Positions 23,634 through 34,400 of a DNA stretch of 64,000 nucleotides are shown here, piece after piece; the stretch's first letter is position 1, and the number at the start of each line of letters is the position of its first letter. The stretch lies in the NCBI GenBank assembly GCA_051294375.1, contig CM119265.1, forward strand, positions 12,950,124 to 13,014,123. Direction: 5' to 3'. Under the pieces are notes generated by a model. That model had not been told where the DNA came from and made no database searches. It saw nothing but the letters and a program-made list of their open reading frames with translations. The position numbers and the translations under genes are program-made. The stretch comes from Paraspadella gotoi. Taxonomy: Eukaryota; Animalia; Chaetognatha.

Positions 23634-26600
23634 CTATGATCCAAATTCAATAGTGTCTTCCCCGATTCTTTTGTAAGTGTAATTTCCTTTTCCATCCATG
23701 TATAGAAAGAACTCGTGATAGTTCCACAGCGACTTCCGATGTGATACTGTAAACAACGTAATCCCGACCTGAATGGAAAAAAAAGTTATGTGATCTTTAC
23801 CACTCGTGTTTTGGTTAAATCTATATCTCTCTCTCTAAATTTAGTGTTGTGGTAGCACGACTTAAAGCTGTCTCACTGCTGTCCGTCCTCAGCCTCGTCT
23901 CAATGGCTGAGCAGAAGGGTAGAGTGATGAAAAGATTGAGCGATTGAACATTATTTTTTTACTGCCTATGGACATGTAATCAATGAATTTAAAATCCTTT
24001 AAAATTTTTTTAAAGCATAACAGTATAGTAAATTCAATTATTTATGTAGTAATATCCTTCTAAAATCATACAATTTTAAAATATTTTTATTTTATTTTAA
24101 AGAACAGATTTGGATTCGCCATTTTTCACCTTTCCCCCCCCCCATTTTAAATGTTGAAGACGACATAATTTTTAATAACATGTTTTATATTTTTGATTTA
24201 ACTTTTTATGAAGAATCTGAATCTTTATAAAAAGTTTTACTATTTTATAAGGATATTACTATAAATATATTGTATTTTACTATTCTGTTCCCGAGACTAT
24301 AATAACACCCACGCTTACAATTGCTTAAAGTATGAATATCACGCCTATGCCCTACTTCTCTGGTAATGCTCTAGATTCACCCACTCGCCCACTCTCAGGA
24401 TTGAGGCCCCTGGGGAGAAGTCTGGTGGGAGGATCCTGTGGCAGCACAACTTAAAGCTGCCTCACTGTTGTACGTCCTCAGCCTCGTCTCAATTGCTGAG
24501 CAGGCTAAATCCTAAAGAGTCCTGGGTTAAATCCTCGGATATCCCAGTTCTGGCTTAAATGTGACGGAGCCGGTTTAAACATGCCAGTGACCGGAGGCAG
24601 TCACTGAGGGTCCGCAGCCCCTATGCCAGTTGGTGAGATACCCTGCGCCCCGTATATCTTCCCGTTGCCATAGTATCTTCTTTCTTGCCACTTAAGAATC
24701 GTGAAGACGAAAGAGAAAATATGTCGAAATGGAAAACTGGGCGTTACCTCTTTGCAATAAGCGTACATATAACCCTCAACGTCAACGGAAACTGCCGAGG
24801 TACATTCGTCGAGAATTGCGAACTGGGGTTTGTGATAAAAAAGGCGAGCCATGGCAATACGTTGCTTCTCTCCTGTTGCAAAACATTTGATTTTAAATGA
24901 AATATCACAATTTTATAAATGAAATAAAACTAAAGGCTACAATCAAGAAAGAAAAGACTTACCTCCAGAAAGAACGTCCATCCAATCACGCTCAGTGTCC
25001 CACCCAGTAATGTCTTCTCTGTCCAATAGGTACCTAAGTTGCACTTTATCCAACAAATCCGCCAGGTCCGCGTCGCAAAGTCCCTTCGACATCACGTCGT
25101 TGACGGAGTCAGGATAAATAACCTGATCTCGCAAAGTGCCGATAGGCATGTACGGTCGTTGTGGAATGTAGAAAAGTTTCTTCTTGTCCGGTTTTGTCAG
25201 CCTACAAAAGTTTTTATGTAGTTATATCCTGGGCTTACTAGGTCAGGTGATAATCATAATGATTTGGCGGTATTTTAATCACAGGGGGAAAAATGAGCAG
25301 GAAGACACAAAAAATTATAACTAACCTTCCGCCAAATAATGGCCATAATTCTCCAAGAATCCTAAACAGTGAGCTCTTCCCACAGCCATTAGGACCACAG
25401 ATAATGACGTTGTGTCCCGAAGTGACTTCAAAATTCATTGATTTGACTAGCATATCGCCGTTTGGCGTGACCAGAGGCACACCTTCGAATCGGATAACGT
25501 GATCACGATGGAGGATTTTTCCGGATCCAGGAATTAGCGGCGAAATCTGATACGCGATTAAGGAAATGAAAAATAACTTACTGGATAATGAAAAGAGCAT
25601 TTTTTATTTGTAAAATAAATTCTTCCTGGTCGGTGATTTTTTTTCTGCTTCTTATGAGCACAAATGTAAAAAAAAAATTTCCGAAAAAAAGACCGATGGT
25701 TTTTCGAATATTACACAACCACCCTTAACCTTAACCAGTAACAACCTCTAACCCTAACTACCCCTAACCTAAACCACCCTTAACCTTAACCAACCTTAAC
25801 CTTGACTAACCCTTGACCTTAACGACCCCTAACCTTGAATAACCCTAAACTTAACCAGACTTTACTTTTTTTTCCCTGTAGTATCAAACCACAGTAATGA
25901 TATATGGGAATAGAAAAATAACCGATCGGCTCGGTTCCTGTCGTCGAAAGTAAAATGGTGTATTTTATTGAAACAAACCATTTGGAAAGTATTCTTCCTA
26001 TCGCCACCAGCGTGGTTCTCTAACTCGCGAGCTGTTGCGGTCATTGTCCTTTCGTATTTCCCCCGATTTAAGTCGTTGAGAACGTCCACAAGTGAGCTGA
26101 CTCGAGCCGTGTAACTGGGAAGAGTTTGTTGTGACATATGATGTGACAAATGCAAATTGTTTTAATTATTGCTACTTCGTACTAACCCAGCAAGCTTGGT
26201 CATTTCACGACCAGCCAAAACTAATCTCCCGATGGCTTCGGCAAGTCGAATCAACATACGACCGCTGAGGTAATATTCTTCCAACCTTGTGGACAATTGT
26301 AGCAAAATCAAATAATGATAAGATGTAATTAATAAATTATAAATAAATATTTAATAATATAATATAATATTTAACTCGCCTTTCTTTGTGCGTCTTGTCA
26401 AAATGCTTTCCGCTGTAGGCAAGAAAAGGTCGAGAAACGACAAAAAAACCAACTACAGTTGCTAAGTATTTCGCAACTATGTTGTCCACCATTCCCATTG
26501 AGAATTTGAAAGTAATAACGTCACGAAGATGATCTACTAGTCGTTTAAACACCTGCATCAGGGTTATGTGCTCCCTTTTGTTACCTGCAACAGAATCATA

Positions 26601-28118
26601 AAATTATATGCATACTTATCGAAAACGTTTATGCAAAAGCATAATTGGGGAATCCGGATGCCCAATGCATAAAAATGATTCAATTTATTTTATAACCATT
26701 AATTGGGATACTGGGTATAAGAGCATAGTGAAAGTTACGTAGGAAAATTCTAAAAGTCAATTATGAACAACATACCATCAGTGAAAAAAAAATCCATTTC
26801 ATGTTTTTTTAATTTTCGTAGTAGGCTATATTTATATTATATATATATAATAATATAATATATCCTTATGAAATCGAAAAATTTCAAAAAATATTTTTTT
26901 TAAATTTTGATTGCAGATTTGAGTTATATTTCTTTATATCAACTGTTCATGACGAATCCAAATCTGCAAAAAAATCTTACAAAAAACTATTTTGAAATTT
27001 TAATACTTATTGGATTAGTACTATGTATAAATATGGCCTACTGCGGAAATTGTATAAAATTTATAATACATTTTTTTATATATAAATGTTCTTTAGTATA
27101 ATGTTGTTCGTTCCTTCCTTTTAGAATTTTATTAAAGTTAAATTTAGAATTTTTACTACGTTTTACTGGGTATACCTTGATAAAAAGCGATTTCCTCACT
27201 ATTGGTGATGACCCTTGAATTAATGAAGCGAAATTCGCCTTCATGCTGTTGCTCCAGCATGGTCATTCTCGCTAGAGGGCGACGGAGGTGGGTAAGCAGA
27301 AAACCGGACAGCGCCAAATAACCCAACATGAGCACAGGACCCTGTGCGCCAATCGTTCCCGTCAGCTTGTAGACATAAAGTGCCACGTCCAACAGAGGCT
27401 TAGACAGGTTTGTATACAGGTCAGAAACTGAGTTGCAAAACTTTTCCACGTCTTGTGTTAAAAGTTGATCGGGATTGGCAATGCGGCTATCCATGTTGCT
27501 CATCTTGTAAAACGTAAAGCCCTGCATATACTTGGCATAAAGATGTTCCGAGAGTTTGGCGCGAAACCGAAGTTTCATCTCGTTAAGCCCAATTTTAAGG
27601 ACGTTGTTGACGAGAGCGACGACGGGCATCGACATGAAGTACTTTATCACTCGCGAACGAAACAGTGTCAAATTTTGTTCCACGATGGCGCTTTCGATGT
27701 TCGTTGTCGACTGAGGGATAAAATTATTTTTGTTGTCCTCGATATAAAACTGACTTTTTAAAAATATTTTTTAAACCTGTATCATCCAAATGTCACAATA
27801 AGTTCGGGCCATCAAGGATGCGGCAACTAAAAGAAGGTAGGCAGTCTCCTTTGAAAAAGGTGATGAAATCAAGACTTTGAGGATGGCGATTATTTGTTGT
27901 AGAAATTTCGAGTCGACGGCAGCTTTATCCTTTGACCTGCCGCCAACGACGCCGTCCACATCCTTGGCCAGAAAGACGCCAGTGTCCCGAGTCTTTCTGC
28001 GTTGGATTCCATAGGCTTTCAACCAAGCGTAACCCAGGGCCACGCCTCCGCACGCTGCTAATGCAGGCGCCTTGTATTTGTCAGCAAAAACAGCAAGTTT
28101 GCTTATTGAGGGCGCCAT
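23634..28118 (-). CDS. ABCD3: Peroxisomal ABC half-transporter PMP70
   Basis: MAPSISK start, [38 protein letters not shown] (EAA loop), Walker [41 protein letters not shown], and C-terminus TVSHRKSLW...TIEFGS*. Confidence 0.96.
23848..24672 (+). mobile_element. Disrupted LTR-internal-LTR element (partial 5' LTR at 23848, intact 3' LTR 24437-24672) carrying a twister motif
   Basis: 23848-23915 duplicates the start of 24437-24503. Termini are TGTGG...GCCATA; flanks GTGT/GTAT form a near 4-bp TSD. The internal part 24340-24436 shares motifs (acgcctatgccc, ctctcagg.ttgagg, gatcc|TGTGG) with the 47-kb internal region. Confidence 0.7.
24550..24629 (+). ncRNA. Type-P5 twister-ribozyme-like motif
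   Basis: CTGGC ttaa ATGT GA CGG AGCCGGTT T^AA ACAT GC CAGTGAC..GTCACTG AGGG TCCGCAGC CCCT at GCCAG. P5, P2, P3, P4, T1 (CGG/CCG) and T2 (GC/GC) are all Watson-Crick; the first conserved L4 A is replaced by C. Confidence 0.82.
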
Positions 28119-28471
28119 AGCAAAAACTGCGCGAAAGCTAAATGCCCCGGCGCTGAAAAATAAAAACAAAATAAAAAAATGGGTACCATATCACGAAAGT
28201 TAAAAAACTAAACGACAATAACTAAAATGACAGATAGCCTCCGTTCAGACTACTCTGCACATTGCAGTGAAGAAAAAATTTACAATATGGGGCAACAATT
28301 TAAGAATTTAAAAATGACGAACGATAAAGACAGGGTGTTGTGATTAACAAAAGCAGTAAAATTCTCAGTTCGTTGTTTTTATTTGTTTCTGATAGTACAA
28401 GAAATAAATTTAAATTCTTAAAAAATACGAAAGTACATTGTGAGAATATAAAAAATTCATTTCGTTTAAAT

Positions 28472-31400
28472 TTATATTCTTGGCAAACAGAACTCATCAA
28501 AATTGATTATCCTGTACTCCTGCTCAACTTCGGGCAAGTCTCGATGAAGAAGTCTTTTTTTCAGTTGGACTGGCAATGGTAAATTGTAGACGACCCGAGG
28601 TAATTCGCGACCATAGGTACCGCGCAGCCAATTAGAAACAATCGTAGCCAGGGTGGGCGGACGACTTCCACTTTCCATAAGTTCTTGCCTGAAGTCCTAA
28701 AAAAAGTCATGAAATATAATTAAAAGCGTTATTTATTCGCTAATATCCAAAGAGTAAAACCTGTATGAAAACCAACGCACCTTATCCTTTATCAAGGCTT
28801 CTGGCGGATTTTCGATAATCCACTCTTGTTCACTCTTATCATGTAGGGGATAGCCACTCTCAATTAAAAGTCGAGCTACCTCGAAATGTCCTCGGTGACA
28901 TGCAACGTAAAGTGGCGTATGTGGAGAGGAATAGAGGTATTGCACGTTATTGTAGCCGCTCTCCATCTGTTCCGTGCCGCGTGAGGGTACGTTGAGAGGG
29001 AACGCTTGAAATCTTAGCAATTGTACAAGAACTTTTAGATGTCCGCGGCAACAGGAGTACCTGAGGGATTTTAAAGGTGGATCAAGAATTACATATTTCC
29101 ATTCTGGTTGTACCAATTTCATATTATTAATATTAGTAGTTTCCAAAGAATTACCAGATAGGCGTCACGGCATAACTGTTTCGTACAGAAGGATCAGCGC
29201 CATTATCCAAAAGACAAGAAACCATGTCAATTTGACCGTGATAAGCAGCGTAATGGATGGCGCGATCTGCGTCTTTGTCAGCATTATCAATCAAATGGCG
29301 ATTAAGCGGCGCCAGCATCAATACCGCTGGCGTGTTCTGGCGAAACGCAGCGATCCCGAGAGGCGAATTTTTGTCCAGGGTAAGGCAGCATGGATCTGCT
29401 CCTAATAGAAGAGGGGTAATGCATCGAAAAAAATATTAAAAGCATAAGGATTGTCGCAATAGCATAGCAAAAATCTGGACCCATAACAAACTTTGATACT
29501 CAAAAACTAAGTTTTATATATAACTTGGTGTAATATACATAACAAATTTAAAAAATTGGTTACTTTTACTTTCGCCGACCGGGGTTAGGGTGGTTAATAG
29601 TGATTTAGGGTTCTTTTAGGGTTAAGAGGGTTTAAGGTAATATTTTTTTTTTAAATAAATATTTTTAAATGATTTTTCAAAAGCCGCCATAACCGCGGTC
29701 GGCGAAAGTAAAATATAGCCAAGTCGTAGCGTGAGCTTTGAGTTTGATTTATTAAATGAATGAATAATTTTAATATTGGTTGTACCAATTTCATACAATG
29801 ATTTGAAAGAAAGTGTAACAATTTTAAAACATTTAAAATAAAAAATTAAATGTACAAAATATTAATTTATATTAATATAAAATTACATTAAATTAAAACA
29901 ATTGAATACAATAATCAGAGGGAGAAGGAGAAGGAGAGAGAGAGAAAGAGCAAGAGGGAGAAAGAGGGAGAAAGAGAGACGAGTAACTTTCAGCTCCAGT
30001 CGCTGCAGAGCTCAACTCGTTTTTGGACGAATTAGTGACGTAGAGACTGAGAAAAAGAGTATGTTAGCTGAGCACGAACATGAGATGGCTAGAGTCTTTA
30101 AGAGTGTGAGAGTAAAATGTGAAATCTGTGGACTCGAGCTCGATAGATCCAATCGAGCTATTATAGCTCGATTGGATCTATCTAGCGCTAGGCACATGCG
30201 ACGACAGCATTAAGAGGCAGTCCCTCGTAGGACGAATGCCTGTAAAATCAAGTCAAGAAAAAGAGAAATAATTATAAAGAAAGAACTACGTACTAATTTT
30301 TATTCAAAATGTTCTAGCTAATATCTATAACGTAGCTAAATTTTTTACGCCGACAATGACGTTTATTGGGACCATCGTCCCAAAATCGATAAAAAAAAAA
30401 CAGACGTAAGACGAAAAATATTTACCTTTTTCAAGCAGCTTGGCTACAACCCCATTAAGATTACACCAGCAAGCAGAATGAAGTGCAGTATAGTGGTCAT
30501 CTGTTCGACCAAGCATGACGTCAAGGGCGTCGTTTTCAAGGAATAGATTACATGCTACGGGGACTCCATCATTACGAGTGAATACATTGATCGCATCCAT
30601 TAGCGCCGTCTCACCATAGTCGTTGCGTATATTGGGATTTGCGCCCCACTTAAGTAGCAACCTTGAAATTGCATAAATATGTACATAAAAATATAGAAAA
30701 AATTTACCACAATAAACTTGCATTTAAGTGCGTCGGTCATATAACTTTGCGAAAAACATACAAAATACAAATATTGGGTGTACTCCATTATTTAGAAATA
30801 GGGGTATCATACTATGAAGTATATTGAGAATCATTACTGTACTGGGGATACTAGTTGTTCATTATATCCTAGTTACAATAAAAAAAATTATAGACCCAAG
30901 TCTTTGAGAATTGTACCCCATTTTTGCTTGAAGTTTGGTTAAATCACCAAAATTTTATAATTATTAAAACCTTTTTAACAATCAAAAGTATGCTCATTTT
31001 CATTTTAAATATTCATTTCCAAAAGTTTTTTTATAAAAAAGTATTTTAAAACTAAAAAAATATTCAAATTGGCATTTTAAAATAATTAGTATTTGAGCAA
31101 AAATAAGAAAAATTTTAAAATTTGAGATTTTATCAAATCTTCATATCTTGTAACGGTTACTGAAAGCAAATAAGATATCAAGCTTCTCCTTCCAAATAAC
31201 CTTAAGACTACCAAGTACCAAAATTCATTAAAAATGTATTTCATAGAATTTACTTAATTGCTCACACTTCTGATATCTTATACCATATTTTATACCAAAT
31301 GTGCAAAACTATCTTGTGAGAAGACCAAAATCTAGATTTTCTATCAAAAAATCTAGATTTTTTGACAGAAAGCTAGAAAACTAATCGTTTTTGGCGAATC

Positions 31401-34400
31401 CCGGCCATCTAAACCATTTCAATATATTTTCCATGGCATGGTGACAATTTGCCATTAGAAAACACGTAGAGAATTTTGCTTTTAGGAAATAAAAATCTGT
31501 AGCCAAGACATTTGCGGTTTCTAAGTAAAAATTTTATACAATTCAATTATGATTTTCCTTTGTAATGAGTGAAGAAAGATGAAAGTCAAATTCAAGTTCC
31601 TCAATCAGAAATAAAGAGAAATTAAGCTTTTGAAATTTATATCTCTTCTAATGAAAGGTAGTCATAATTTTATACCTTATAACTTTAGCTTGGTTAATAT
31701 GTCATTCTTTGCATAGTGCTTTCCATAGATATCCATATTTGGCTAAATTTTACTTTCGCCGACCCTGGTTTTGGCGGCTTTTGAAAAACTATTTAAAGAT
31801 ATGTATTTTTTTTTAAATTTTAAAAAATATTACCTAATTACCCTAAACCCTCTGAACCATAATTATTAGGGCGTTTAAAAATAACAAAATATAACAAATC
31901 GAATAAGGTACATAGCTATTTTAGTGTAATTAAGTCTGTAGAATTTGTTGATAACCATTTTTTTATAAAGTTTCATCTTTTTTGTCGGAAATGGCGATTT
32001 TTGTAGCATATAAGGTACTACTCAAATGGAACAAACATTGTAGAGTATAAAAAACTCCAATTATTAAAATTTTATAAAAGCCATATTTAGCTTACATATT
32101 ATGAAAATAAAGACCCATATAAATATTTGGGTAAGTTTATTTACAAATTTTATATTTTATTAACTGTTTTTTAATTATATTTATTAATAAATAATAATAA
32201 AAAATAGGCAAAAATTTTTTTAAAAAATTTTTAAATTTTTATAACCGGATTTGAATTCCTTACAAAAAGTTGATATAAGAAAATATAATCCATTTTAACA
32301 AATTCTTTCATTAAGTAGGTAAAAAATATTAAAAATTATTTTTTTATTTAATTTTTTAATTTTTGGATTAAAATTTGAGGCAAAATGGTTTTTGTTTTAC
32401 AACGAATTTTTTTATTTTTCATAGAAAAAAACGGACATGTTTTGGCTTTAGTTGCAAGCCTTCTTCAGCGTTAAACAATTAAAATTATAGTTTTTCTGAA
32501 TTTTGATCAACTTTTAATCAACTTTGATATAATTTTGATATAAAAATTATTTTTTCTTATATCAACTTTTTGCAAGGAATACAAATCCAGGAATAATTTT
32601 TTTTAATTTTTTTTTTAATTTTAAATTAATTTTTATTCATAATTATTAATAAACATAATTAACTTTTTATAAAATATAAAATTTAAAAATAAACTTACCA
32701 AAATATTTTTATAAGTCTTTATTTTTATATTTCAAAAGCTCATATTAATTTTATAAAATTTTAATAATTTAATTTATCATAACTTATAATGGTTTTGCTA
32801 TTTTATTACAATTTTATATATATTAAAAATCGTCATTTTTGACAAGAAAGATAAAATCATACAAAAAATGGTCATCACCATCGAATTCTACAGACTAGTT
32901 TACCCTAAAATAGCTATGTACCTTATTCGATTTGTTATATTTGTTATATTTTATTATTTTTAAATGCCCTACTAACTACTAAGGCGTAGTAAAATTCCTA
33001 AGTTTAACTTTAATTAAAATTCTAAAAGTGAGGAATGAACAACATTATACTTATAAACATTTATGTATAAAAAAAATTTCTAATAAATTTTATAATTTAT
33101 ACTAGTACTAAACCAATAAATGTTAAAATTTCAAAACAGTTTTTTCTAAGATTTTTTGACAGATTTGGATTCGTCATAAAAAGTTGATAAAAAGAAAGAA
33201 AACTCTTTTTGAAAAATTCCTTCATTAAATAGGTCAAAAATTAGAAAAAGCTTTATTTTAAGCTGAAAATTAACTTTTTATATATTAAATATAGTTTTTT
33301 AAATTTTTTAACTCACTTAATGAAAGAATTTTTAAAAATGATTTATATTTTCTTTTGACGAGGAATTCAAATCTGCAATCAAAATTAAGAAAAGCCTATT
33401 TTGAAATTTTTCGATTTTATAAGGAGAGTACTATATATAAATATAGCCTACTGCGAAAATTAAAAAACAAAATTAATTTTTTTTACAAACTAATGTTCAC
33501 TGATGGTATGTTGTTCATAATTGACTTTTAGAATTTTTGTATGTAACTTTCACTACGCCTTACTAACTATCCCTAACCCTAAACCACCCCTAAACTACCC
33601 TTAACTAGTGGTAGCCGACCAAATTCAAATTTTAATAGAAACAGCATTAAACTAATCCATTATTGGTATTAGTTATTGTGTTAAAATATTTTTTGCAAAA
33701 AAGTCCCGAACCATGAGTAATTTGTTAATTAAAATTATTTTATTGCTATATAATGTCCAAAAATTTTTTTGGATATTTGAAATTTTTTAAATTGATTCTG
33801 ATAGAACTCAAAAAGTTAACTAAAAATATAATTACAACTTTTTAAAATGTTGATGTTTTATTATTTTATCCATTTTTCTCAGAAATGTATGAAGTTTCAT
33901 TTGGGAAAGTTCACAAATTAAACTTCTGACCCACCCCTTTGACAAAGTTTGGCTTCAAACCATCTTTTTCCCTTTACAGTTACAGCAAAAAAAAACAAAC
34001 AAAAAAACAAAAAAACCTAAATGATATAATAATTATTCATAAAAAACGTGAATATCTTGTCTAAAGATTTCTCTTTTCAAAAAGTAAAAATCTTTACACG
34101 TTTTTGCACAGACGGACAGACAGAGATGTACATCATTTTTTTTTTTGCATAATTTATATAATTCTGTGTTCTGACATGATATAAGTGATTTATAGAGTCG
34201 GGATCTGCTGATAAGCAATTCAGACTAAAAAGAAAAATAAAGCGAGCTCTAGGGACAAGAGGCTTTCGGAATCTCATAATTTGAAGTCCCATTTATAATG
34301 CTAGCATACCGTAATCCCGTTTGTAATTTTAAAAAAGTGAAATTTCCCTTTCATTTCTAAACTAAAAACGAGGTTAGAAAATTCTCTGGAGATGAGTAAT

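Noticed and set aside
25718-25860. Interstitial telomere
   Set aside because: Degenerate CCCTAA-like tracts recur inside a dispersed element family and are not pure telomeric arrays.
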